64,000 nt of DNA from an uncultured Acidobacteriota bacterium. Its GTDB lineage: Bacteria > Acidobacteriota > Thermoanaerobaculia > UBA5066 > Gp7-AA6. The number at the start of each line of letters is the position of its first letter. The first letter of the stretch is position 1. The stretch spans positions 192,001 to 256,000 of the forward strand of contig CAVXTP010000006.1 of the NCBI GenBank assembly GCA_963764715.1, written 5' to 3'. The position numbers and the translations under genes were made by a program. Of the stretch, positions 10,987 to 20,000 are shown piece by piece. Under the pieces are notes generated by a model, which was not told the origin of the DNA, made no database searches, and saw only the letters and a list, made by a program, of their open reading frames with translations.

Positions 10987-11319
10987 CTAAGTCGCCGCGA
11001 GCACGCGCCCGACCGCGGCGGCGAAGCGCTCCCAGCTCTCGGTCTCGTCGGCGAGCTGGCGGCGGCCGGAGCGGGTGAGCGTGTAGAACCGGGCGCGGCG
11101 GTTGTTCTCGGAGCTGCCCCACTCCGCCGAGATCCAGCCCTTTTGCTCCAGGCGGTGGAGGGCCGGATAGAGAGACCCCTGGTTGACCTCCAGCACGTCC
11201 TGGGACAGCTGCTGGATCCGGGCGGCGATCCCCCAGCCATGCATCGGCCCGGTGCCGAGCGTCTTCAAAACCAGGACGTCGAGTGTTCCCTGCAGCAAAT
11301 CGCTTCGTTCCGTGGCCAT
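10987..11319 (-). CDS. PadR-family transcriptional regulator (acidobacterial type)
   Basis: LLQGTLDVLVL, HGWGI, GSLYPALHRLE, ENNRRARFYTLT; SD upstream of ATG 11319. Confidence 0.92.
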   Translation of the reverse strand: MATERSDLLQGTLDVLVLKTLGTGPMHGWGIAARIQQLSQDVLEVNQGSLYPALHRLEQKGWISAEWGSSENNRRARFYTLTRSGRRQLADETESWERFAAAVGRVLAAT

Positions 11320-11324
11320 CGGCC

Positions 11325-11382
11325 CTCCCCTCGAATCTCTACAGGAGAGCATACGCGGTCTCCTGTCGAATGTTTAGGGGAG
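11325..11382. promoter_or_regulatory. two 23-bp pseudo-palindromic operator-like boxes overlapping the padR promoter and RBS
   Basis: CTCCCCTCGAATCTCTACAGGAG (11325-11347) and CTCCTGTCGAATGTTTAGGGGAG (11360-11382); minus-strand TATGCT -10 candidate lies between them. Confidence 0.6.
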
Positions 11383-11443
11383 CGCGAAAAAAATCGGGCC
11401 GTGGCCCGCGATAGGCTTCCCGGAAGGCCCTCAAGGAGGAAAT

Positions 11444-12742
11444 GTGACGAAACGACTCACCCTGTCGATCCTCGGATGCGCGATCGCGGTCGCGGTCTTC
11501 GCGGCGGACCCTCCGCCGACCACGGTCGCGGTCAAGGCGGCGCGGCTTCTCGACGTGAAATCCGGCCGGTATGTCGAGCGCCCCGTCATCGTGGTGGTCG
11601 GAGACCGGATCGACAGCGTCGGAACCACGGTGCCCGCCGGTGCCCGCGTCGTGGACCTCGGCAACCGCGTGCTGCTGCCCGGCCTGATCGACACCCACAC
11701 CCACATCCTTCTCCAGGGCGACCCGACCGCGGTCGAGTACGACGAGCAGATCCTCAAGGAATACCCCGCCCACCGCGTCGCCCGGGCCGTGCGGGCGATG
11801 AAGATCGGCCTCGAGCACGGGTTCACCACGATGCGGGACCTCGAAACCGAGGGGGCCGGCTACGACGACGTGGCGCTGCGCGACGCGGTCAACGAGGGCG
11901 TCGTGCCGGGGCCGCGGCTGAAGGTCGTTGGGCCCGCGCTCTCGACGACGGGCTCTTACCCCATCCAGCATTACCGGCCGGACTGGAAGTTCCCGTCCGG
12001 CGTCATGGTCTGCGACGGCGCCGACGGCTGCCGGAAGGCCGTCCGCGAGCAGCTCTCCTACGGCACCGACTGGGTCAAGGTCTACGCCAACACCGGGGGC
12101 CTGCGGCTGACCTCCGACGGCTACATCGACTCCCCCGCCAACTGGACGAAGGAGGAGATCGAGGCGGTCGTCTCGGAGGCCCACGCCCACGGCGTGCGGG
12201 TCGCCGCCCACGCGCGCTCGGACTCGGGTCTGCGCGTGGCGCTCGCCGCCGGCGTCGATTCGATCGAGCACGGCGACTCGATCCGGCCCGAGGCCGCGGC
12301 CGAGATGGCGCGCCGCGGCATCTTTCTCGTTCCGACGCTCCTCGTGGCCGACTACGTCGCCGGCCCCCGGGCGGCGGCGGGCTGCGCCGTCTGCGCCCAG
12401 ACCGAGAAAGTCCACGCGAAGTCCTTCGACAACTGCCGCAAGGCCGGCGTCAAGATCGCGTTCGGCACCGACGCGGGCGGCTTTCCCTGGACCGAGCTCA
12501 ACCAGGCCAGGGAGTTCGCGTTCGAGGTGAAGCTCGGGATGACCCCGATCGAAGCCATCCGCAGCGCCACCACGGTCGCCGCCGACCTGCTCGGCCTGAC
12601 CGGCCAGGTCGGAACGGCCGAGAAGGGCGCCTTCGCCGACCTCGTCGCCGTCGCGGGAGATCCCCTCGCCGACGTGACGGTTCTCGAGAAGATCGACTTC
12701 GTCATGAAGAACGGCGAGGTGGTGAAGGCGCCCGCGCCCTGA
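11444..12742 (+). CDS. metal-dependent amidohydrolase (Xaa-Pro dipeptidase/imidazolonepropionase-like), probably exported
   Basis: Signal peptide; PGLIDTHTH, VKVY, AAHA, SIEHG, FGTDAG, ADLVAV. Confidence 0.88.
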   Translation: MTKRLTLSILGCAIAVAVFAADPPPTTVAVKAARLLDVKSGRYVERPVIVVVGDRIDSVGTTVPAGARVVDLGNRVLLPGLIDTHTHILLQGDPTAVEYDEQILKEYPAHRVARAVRAMKIGLEHGFTTMRDLETEGAGYDDVALRDAVNEGVVPGPRLKVVGPALSTTGSYPIQHYRPDWKFPSGVMVCDGADGCRKAVREQLSYGTDWVKVYANTGGLRLTSDGYIDSPANWTKEEIEAVVSEAHAHGVRVAAHARSDSGLRVALAAGVDSIEHGDSIRPEAAAEMARRGIFLVPTLLVADYVAGPRAAAGCAVCAQTEKVHAKSFDNCRKAGVKIAFGTDAGGFPWTELNQAREFAFEVKLGMTPIEAIRSATTVAADLLGLTGQVGTAEKGAFADLVAVAGDPLADVTVLEKIDFVMKNGEVVKAPAP

Positions 12743-13332
12743 TGCTCCGGGTCGGCCTGACCGGGGGCCTGGCCTCCGGCAAGTCCACGGTCGCCGAGAT
12801 GCTCGAGGACCTCGGGGCCGTGGTGCTCGACGCGGACGAGGTCGTCCGCGCGCTCTACCGGGAGGGCGGCGCCGGGGCCGAAGCCGCGCGCGAGCTCTTC
12901 GGGGCGGCCGTCCTCGGGCCGGACGGGCGCGTCGACCGGACCCGGCTCGCCGCGATCGTCTTCACGGACCCGGCCGCGCGCCACGCCCTCGAGGCCCGGA
13001 TCCACCCGCTCGTGGGCGAGGAACGGCGGCGCTTCTTCGAGCGGGCCGAGAAGGCGGGGGCCCGGGTCGCGGTCGTCGAGGCCTCGCAGCTGCTGGAGGC
13101 GAAGACCGAGGCCGACTACGACCGCGTCCTTCTCGTCATGGCGCCGGAGGAGGAGCGGGTCCGCCGCTGGGGCGGGCGGGGCGGGGACCCCGAGGACGCG
13201 CGCCGCCGCATCTCCGCCCAGCTGCGGGCCGAGGTCGCCCGCGAGCGCGCCGACGACGTCCTCGTCAACAACGGAACGCTCGACGACCTGCGACGCAAAG
13301 TCACAGAGCTCTACGGGCGCTGGACGGCGTAA
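12742..13332 (+). CDS. coaE: dephospho-CoA kinase
   Basis: TGATG overlap start; VGLTGGLASGKSTV, DAD, LEARIHPLV, ADDVLVNNG. Confidence 0.92.
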   Translation: MLRVGLTGGLASGKSTVAEMLEDLGAVVLDADEVVRALYREGGAGAEAARELFGAAVLGPDGRVDRTRLAAIVFTDPAARHALEARIHPLVGEERRRFFERAEKAGARVAVVEASQLLEAKTEADYDRVLLVMAPEEERVRRWGGRGGDPEDARRRISAQLRAEVARERADDVLVNNGTLDDLRRKVTELYGRWTA

Positions 13333-13344
13333 CATTCGTCGCCT

Positions 13345-14538
13345 ATGCCGGCCAAAAAGATCAAACCGCCGTCCGCAATCCCCGCCCGTCCGGGCGACGT
13401 CCTCCTCCTCGTCGGGACGATGAAGGGGCTCTTCCTCTTCTCGTCAAACGCCGCGCGGCGCCGCTGGAAGGCCGCCGGGCCGTTCTTCCCGGGAAGCTCC
13501 GTCTACGGCGCCGCGTTCGACGGCCGCGCCGGCCGCCGCCGGATCTGGGCCGCGCCCTCGAGCATGCACTGGGGCGCCGAGCTCGCCTGGACCGACGACC
13601 TCGGCCGGAGCTGGAAGCGTCCCGCCGAGCCGCTCGTCCGGTTCCCGGAGACCGCGGGGGCGTCGCTCAAGAACATCTGGCAGATCGCACCGGGCCGCCC
13701 GTCGGAGCCCGACGTCCTCTACTGCGGCGTCGAGCCCTCGGCCCTTTTCGCGTCGCGCGACGCCGGAAAGACGTGGGCTATGAACGAGGGCCTGTGGAAC
13801 CACCCGCACCGCGCGAAGTGGAACCCGGGCGGCGGAGGCCTTTGCCTCCACACGATCCTCGTGGACCCGAACCGGCCGGACCGGCTGACGGTCGCGAGCT
13901 CGACCGGCGGCGTCTACCGCTCGGACGACGGCGGAGCGACCTGGAACCCGCGCAACCGCGGCGTGCGCGCCGAGTTCTACCCCGACCAGCACCCCGAGTT
14001 CGGCCAGTGCGTCCACAAGATCGTCCACCACGCGGCCCGGCCGGGCCGGCTTTTCCTTCAGAACCACTGGGGCCTCTACCGCAGCGACGACGGCGGCGAC
14101 TCGTGGACCGACATCGCCAACGGGGTCCCGTCGGACTTCGGGTTCTGCATGGGCATCCACCCGCGCGACCCCGACACGGCCTTCATCGTGCCGATCCACT
14201 CCGACGGCTTCCGGTGCACCCCCGACGGGAAGCTTCGCGTCTACCGGACGAAGGACGCGGGGCGCTCCTGGCACCCCATGACGCGCGGCCTGCCCCAGAA
14301 GGACGCGCTCGAAACCGTCGTCCGCGACGCGATGGGCGTCGACGCGCTCGATCCCGCCGGCGTCTACTTCGGAACGCGCAGCGGCAAGGTTTACGCGTCG
14401 CGGGACGAGGGCCGTTCCTGGGAGCTCGTGCGCGAAGGCCTGCCGCCGGTCGTCTGCGTCAAGGCGGCGGTGCTCGAGGCGCCCGTGCGCAAGGCCGCCC
14501 GCAAGGCCCGTCCCGCGCGGAGCCGCCGCGCGGCATGA
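13345..14538 (+). CDS. cytoplasmic BNR/Asp-box beta-propeller protein
   Basis: Multiple SxDxGxxW Asp boxes (TDDLGRSW, SRDAGKTW, SDDGGATW, SDDGGDSW, TKDAGRSW, SRDEGRSW); no signal peptide. Confidence 0.85.
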   Translation: MPAKKIKPPSAIPARPGDVLLLVGTMKGLFLFSSNAARRRWKAAGPFFPGSSVYGAAFDGRAGRRRIWAAPSSMHWGAELAWTDDLGRSWKRPAEPLVRFPETAGASLKNIWQIAPGRPSEPDVLYCGVEPSALFASRDAGKTWAMNEGLWNHPHRAKWNPGGGGLCLHTILVDPNRPDRLTVASSTGGVYRSDDGGATWNPRNRGVRAEFYPDQHPEFGQCVHKIVHHAARPGRLFLQNHWGLYRSDDGGDSWTDIANGVPSDFGFCMGIHPRDPDTAFIVPIHSDGFRCTPDGKLRVYRTKDAGRSWHPMTRGLPQKDALETVVRDAMGVDALDPAGVYFGTRSGKVYASRDEGRSWELVREGLPPVVCVKAAVLEAPVRKAARKARPARSRRAA

Positions 14539-14813
14539 GCGTCGCCGTCCTCGTCCCGGGGCCGCTCCAGCCCTTCGCGGGCGGCGCGAGCCGCGTCGAC
14601 CTCGACCGGCCCGCGACCGTGGCCGAGGCGCTCCGTCAGCTCGACCGCATCCACCCCGGCCTTTCCCACCGCGTCCTCGACGAGACCGGCGCCGTGCGGC
14701 CTCACGTCAACATCTTCGTGGGGCCGGACAACATCCGGGACGCGGCCGGGCTCGCGACGCGCGTGACGGAGGGCTGCGAAATCGCCATCCTGCCGGCCGT
14801 CAGCGGCGGGTAG
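14535..14813 (+). CDS. MoaD/ThiS-family ubiquitin-like protein
   Basis: ATGA overlap with the upstream gene; 92 aa; TVAEAL..L...HPGL, HVNIFV, ends ILPAVSGG. Confidence 0.9.
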   Translation: MSVAVLVPGPLQPFAGGASRVDLDRPATVAEALRQLDRIHPGLSHRVLDETGAVRPHVNIFVGPDNIRDAAGLATRVTEGCEIAILPAVSGG

Positions 14814-14826
14814 GGCGCGCGCCCCG

Positions 14827-15396
14827 GTGCGGCTCCGCGCGCCGACGCCCGACGGCTGGCTCGCCGCGGTCCTCGGGGACTTCGGCGCGTTTCTGCTCGA
14901 CCATGCCGCCTGCGAGCGCAAGGCCTCCGCGTCCGCCATGGCCTTCGTCGCCCATTACCCCGACCGCCGCGCGCTCGTCGAAGGTTGCATCGCGCTCGCG
15001 CAGGAGGAGCTCGCCCACTTCGAAGCGGTCTGGCGCCGCGTCGACGCGCGGGGCCTGACGCTCTCGGCCGACACGCGGAGCCCCTACATGGAACGGCTCT
15101 CGAAGGAGTTCCGCAAGGGCAGCGACGCCTACTTCCTCGACCGCCTGCTCTGCGCCGGCATCGCCGAGGCGCGCGGCTGCGAGCGCTTCGGCCTCGTCGC
15201 CGGGGGTCTGCCCCCCGGGGAGGACCGCGACTTCTATCGCGAGATCGCTCGCGCCGAGGTCCGCCATCAGGACCTGTACCTGCGCCTGGCGGGCACGTAC
15301 TTCGATCCCGGGGAGGTCGAGGCGCGGCTCGACGGCCTCCTTTCCGTCGAGGCGCGAATCGTCGCGGAGCTGCCGGTTCGCCCGGCGCTCTACTGA
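14827..15396 (+). CDS. miaE: tRNA-(ms2io6A)-hydroxylase MiaE-like ferritin-fold protein
   Basis: DHAACERKAS, EELAHF, DRLL...IAEARGCERF, EVRH di-iron motifs. Confidence 0.85.
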   Translation: MRLRAPTPDGWLAAVLGDFGAFLLDHAACERKASASAMAFVAHYPDRRALVEGCIALAQEELAHFEAVWRRVDARGLTLSADTRSPYMERLSKEFRKGSDAYFLDRLLCAGIAEARGCERFGLVAGGLPPGEDRDFYREIARAEVRHQDLYLRLAGTYFDPGEVEARLDGLLSVEARIVAELPVRPALY

Positions 15397-15416
15397 ACGG
15401 GTAGACTCCCCCGCCC

Positions 15417-16778
15417 ATGCCGTCCAGGCCCGTGTCCCAGTACCTCGCCCGGCACGCGGAGCCCGAGGCGGCCGCGGCGGACCTGGCCGACGCGTTGACG
15501 CGCAAGCTCGGCCACGTGCTCGTCGTTCCCGCCTACGGCGAAGGGCAGAGCCTCTTCGACACTCTCGGTTCGGTGCCGAAGGGACCGAAGGGCGAGACGC
15601 TCGTGATCGTGGTTCTCAATGCCCGGGAAGACTCGCCGCGCGCCGTGCACGAGGCGAACGAGGCCGCGCGGCAACGTCTGCGGGGCGTCGCGAAGGCAGC
15701 GGCCGACCTCGCCGCGCCCCACCCCGCGACCGCGCTCGAAGTCGAGAACGGCACCATCCTCGTCGTCGACCGCGCCCGGCCGGGACACTTCCTTCCCGAG
15801 GGCCAGGGCGTCGGTCTCGCGCGCAAGATCGGCAACGACATCGCGCTGCGGCTGCACGCCGAGGGCCGGGTCGCCTCGCCCTGGATCCACAACACGGATG
15901 CCGACGTGCGGCTGCCGAACGATTACTTCGACCAGACGGCGTCGATCCCGGAGGCGGGCAACGCCGCCGCGCTGTACTTCTTCGAGCACCGGTTCGACGC
16001 CGACCCGACGCTCGCCGAGGCCGCGCGGCTCTACGAGATCTCGCTCCGCTACTACACGCTGGGTCTCGCCTGGGCGGGCTCTCCGTACGCGTACGAGGCG
16101 ATGGGGAGCTGCATCGCCGTCCGGCCCGAGGCCTACGCGGCGGTCCGCGGGTTTCCGAGGAAGAACGCGGCCGAGGACTTCTACGTCCTCGACAAGCTCG
16201 CCAAGGTCGGCTCGATCGTTCGCCTCGCCGGGCGGCCCCTGCTCCTCGAGGGGCGCGTCTCGCACCGCGTGCCGTTCGGGACGGGCAAGGCGCTCTCCGA
16301 CCTCGTCACGAAGAAGCGCGCGCTCTCGGGCTTCCGCCTGTACCACCCCGCCGTCTTCGCCCACGTCGCCGCCTGGCTGCGCGTCCTCGAGGCGTCGGCG
16401 AAGAGCGGGGGCCGCGTCGACGTCGCCCTCGAGGAGCTTCCGCGCGAGAACCCGTTCTTCCTGACCGGGCTCCTCGTCGAATCGCTCGAGAAGATGGGGG
16501 CGTTTCCGGCGATGCGGGAAGCCATTGCGCGGTCCTCGGGCGATCCCGCGACGATGCTCCGCCACTTCCATACCTGGTTCGACGCGTTCCGGACGCTGAA
16601 GCTGGTGCACGCGCTGCGCGACGGAGGGCTGCGCTCCCCCGGCTACCTGCAGGCCCTCGCCGAGGCGCCGTTCACGGGGCTGTCGGGATCGACCGAGGAG
16701 GACCCGGAGGCCCTGCGGCTCGTCCTCGCGGCCGAGGAACGCAAGCTCTCGGAGACGCCGGCGGGACTGACGGCCTGA
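15417..16778 (+). CDS. uncharacterised GT-A-fold (GT2-like) protein
   Basis: VVPAYGE, GVGLARKIG, TDAD (DxD), GF...AAEDFY, SHRVPFGTG. Confidence 0.6.
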   Translation: MPSRPVSQYLARHAEPEAAAADLADALTRKLGHVLVVPAYGEGQSLFDTLGSVPKGPKGETLVIVVLNAREDSPRAVHEANEAARQRLRGVAKAAADLAAPHPATALEVENGTILVVDRARPGHFLPEGQGVGLARKIGNDIALRLHAEGRVASPWIHNTDADVRLPNDYFDQTASIPEAGNAAALYFFEHRFDADPTLAEAARLYEISLRYYTLGLAWAGSPYAYEAMGSCIAVRPEAYAAVRGFPRKNAAEDFYVLDKLAKVGSIVRLAGRPLLLEGRVSHRVPFGTGKALSDLVTKKRALSGFRLYHPAVFAHVAAWLRVLEASAKSGGRVDVALEELPRENPFFLTGLLVESLEKMGAFPAMREAIARSSGDPATMLRHFHTWFDAFRTLKLVHALRDGGLRSPGYLQALAEAPFTGLSGSTEEDPEALRLVLAAEERKLSETPAGLTA

Positions 16779-16784
16779 CGCTGG

Positions 16785-17018
16785 TTAGTTGACGGCGCAG
16801 GAGCCGGGCCCCCGCGGGTCGCCGCAGGAGCCGCAGCCACCGCCGGCGGGCTCCGACGCCGCGCTCTTGCCTCCCCCGCCGTTGCCGACCGAGAAGACCG
16901 ACAGGAGCTTCTCGACCTTCCGGCTCTCGCAGGACGGGCAGCGGGGCTTGGCGTCGCCGAGGACGATCTCCTCGAAGCGCTTCTCGCAGTCGCGGCAGCG
17001 GTACTCGAAGAGCGGCAT
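16785..17018 (-). CDS. FmdB-family zinc-ribbon protein
   Basis: MPLFEYRCRDC...CPSCES..VEKLLS plus a Cys-rich tail. Confidence 0.88.
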   Translation of the reverse strand: MPLFEYRCRDCEKRFEEIVLGDAKPRCPSCESRKVEKLLSVFSVGNGGGGKSAASEPAGGGCGSCGDPRGPGSCAVN

Positions 17019-17047
17019 GCGCGAATTCTAGCGCACGCGCCGGCGTG

Positions 17048-17061
17048 CTGCTTACTGCTTA
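17048..17061 (-). repeat. two TAAGCAG heptamers directly after the tamA stop
   Basis: Minus strand TAG-TAAGCAG-TAAGCAG; same unit as the array at 58471-58503. Confidence 0.55.
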
Positions 17062-20000
17062 CTAGAACGGATACCCGATGGACAGAAACACACGCCCCGT
17101 CTCCCGGGTCGTGGCCTTCTGAATGAGTACACAGGGAGAGGGGTCGCAAGGCGTGCCGTCCGCGTTCTGGGTCGCCGTGACCCTGTAGTCGATGTCGCGC
17201 AATTGCACGGGCCTCGCATACTCGAGGCGCAGCGGACCGATGGGGGTCATGTAGTGGAGGCCGGCGCCGATCGACTGTCGCAGGCCCGTTCGGAGCTGCG
17301 CCGGCACATTCGGGTCGCCCTCGATCGTGAAGTTGATGCCGCTCGCCCTCGCCCAGACCTGAGCGAGGTCGTAGAAGACCGACACACCCAGGTTGCCGAG
17401 AATGGGAAAACGGTACTCGAGAGTCCAGGCCATGAAACCGTTGCCGCCGATGATCCGGGGCCCTGGCGTACAGTCGTAGAGCGCGAGGTCAGGATTGGGG
17501 TCCGTCGGATACTGCTCGGCGCACGTGCCCACAGCCCCCTTCTTCGGTACAGCCTGGGTGTTGTAGTCGACCGTGTCCCCGGGAATGCCGGCGAGATCGG
17601 TCGCGAATCCCCGACCCGTCGACGAACCTCCGGAGTAGAAGCGCTCCGCGATCGGAACCGGGATCCGGTCTTCGGGGGGTGTGACGTCATAGCCCCCGAG
17701 GCCGTACGGGTAGATCCCGCCCATCTTGAACGAGGTCCCGAGCACGCCGCCGAAGATGCTCTTGAACCAGGCCGCCTGGCCCGAGACTTTTCCGTACCGC
17801 GCGTCGGCCGAGGCGAACGGGAAGGCGTACTTGCCGGCGAGCGTCGCGTACCAGCCGGAGTGCGGGTCGAGGATGTCGTCCCGCCGGTCGTAGAAGAAGC
17901 TCGGGCCGACCGCGGACTGCTTGATCGGGAAGGCCGTCTTGGGAAAGCGCTCGACCTCGATCGTCGAGAGGTCCTCCGGATTCTGCGGCCCCTGCACCTG
18001 GTACTCGTAACGCAGTCCGAGCTTGAGGTACCGGCCCCAGGGCCGAACGGTCTCGATGTACCCCCCGTAGCTGTCGACGTTGACGTCCTGGATCGGCAGG
18101 CGGCTCGCGAAGCCGACGACGCTGATCGGGATCCTGGAGTCGAAGGCGTAAGGATCCAGGAACCGCGCGAAGAGATAGCCGCGCGTCGAAATCGGCGCGT
18201 ACTGCACCTCGAGCGAGGCGGACTGCATTCGCCCGAAGAGGTTGCGGTAGGTCAGGCCGGCGATGCCGAAGACGTCGTTGCGGTTGACGTCGGCGCCGGC
18301 GGCGTAGAGGTACCCGAAGCCGTACAGGAGCGACAGCCTCCGCGCTTCGGCTACCTCGACGTCGATGTTGCGCGTCTGGGTCTCGGGATTGGCGGGCTGG
18401 GGGCGGACGTCGATCGAGCGGAAGACCCCCGTGCGCGCCAGGTTTTGCTGCGTGTCGGCGACCTTCTCCTCCGAGAAGGGCTCGCCCTCCTTCCAGGCGA
18501 TCTGCTTGCGAATTCGCTCGACCTCGGTCACGGCGTTTCCGCGGATGATCGTGCGCCCGAAGAACGACCGCTCGCCCTCCTCGACGCGGTACTCGACGTC
18601 GACCTTCGTCCGGTCCTCCGAGAGCGTGTACTTGTCCTGCACCGTCGCGGCGGCCCAGCCCGTGTTGCGGTAGCGGCTCGTCAGCGCGGCGACGTCGCGG
18701 CGCACGTCGACGGGATTGAAGGGCTCCCCCACCTTGACGGTCAGAAGGGCCGCGAGGTCCTCGGGCTGCAGGTGCTCGGCGCCCTCCACCCGGCGCTCGG
18801 CGACGAACGCTCGGGGGCCCTCCGCGACGTCGATCCGCACGTCCAGGCTCCCGGGCTCGGGGCCGTCGGTGACCTTCGAAGTCACTCGCGCGTCGACCCA
18901 GCCGCGGGTCTGGTAGTAGCCCAGGATCGTCGAGACGTCGCCGGCCAGATCTTCGTCGGTCAGGTGGCCCTTGGCCACGAGCGGAAGGCCCTTCGTCCGC
19001 GTCACCATGAGATCGCGGAGCGTCTTCTCCGGCACGGAGACGTCGCCGGCGATCTCGATCGCCTCGACGGCGTATTTCGCTCCGGGCTCGACCGCGAGCC
19101 GGACGACGACCGGATCGGTCCCGTCGGCCTTCGCCGAGACCGTGGCGCGGTAGCGTCCGGAGCGCTGGAGCTCGCCGCGTCGGTCGGTCGCCCACTGCTC
19201 CAGGAGGTCCTCGTCGAAGGGCTGCACCTCGAGGAGGGCGAGGATCTGCTTGCGGGCCGCCTTCTCCTTGAGGCCCGTCGCCTGCAGCTCGAAGAGCGGC
19301 CCCACGGAGATGCGGAAGACGGGCCGGATGCGGCCGTCTTCCGTGGGCTCCGCGGCGATGAGCTCGACCGAGGCCCGGAACCGGCCCTGGGAGAGGAGGT
19401 ACTTCCGCAGCCTCTCGGCGTCGTCCCGGGCTTTCCCCTCGCGGTACACGTCGCCCGCGCCGAGCTTCATCCGCTTCTCGAGCTCCGCCGCAGAGAACGG
19501 AGCCGTGTCGCCGTCGAAGAACGGCTCGGTGACGCGCGCCCGCTTCCCGGCCGAGATACGGTAAACGACCCTGACGGTGAACTCCTTGTCGTCGAAGACC
19601 GCCTCCGGCTCGACGACCGGCTCGATGTAGCCCTCCGCCGCCAGCCGGCGCTCGAGCGCGGCGGCCCCGGCCTCCAGCGCCGAGGCGTTGAACGGGTCGC
19701 CCGCCGACAGCGGAACCACGCGGCGCAGATCTTCGCGCGTGGGCGCGAACTTGCCGTCGAACTCGACCGTCCGCACGATGTACGAGCGCCACAGGTAGAC
19801 CGTGACCGCGAGCCCGCCGTCCGGCAGCAGCTCGGCGTCGACGGCGACGTTCGAGTAGCGGCGCGTGCCGTAGAGGTTCCGGATCGTCGCTCCGGTCTCG
19901 AGCTCCGTGAGCGGCCGCCCGGCGACGATCGCGATGAGCGCGCCGACCTCGCCCGCGTCGACCTCGCCATCGCTCACGTACTCGACGGATTCCACGACCT

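Noticed and set aside
7316-11122. Apparent 1268-aa protein ending in a DJ-1 domain
   Set aside because: The N-terminal part is an off-frame read of padR and the permease; the real gene starts at 8296.
13900-14420. Recurrent similar DNA segments that could suggest a repeat array
   Set aside because: They encode Asp-box (SxDxGxxW) protein repeats; there is no CRISPR-like repeat-spacer structure.
14535-14813. MoaD of a molybdopterin biosynthesis operon serving the IorAB-like enzyme
   Set aside because: No moaA/C/E or moeB adjacent, and the gene is coupled to the BNR propeller instead. A role in trans cannot be excluded.
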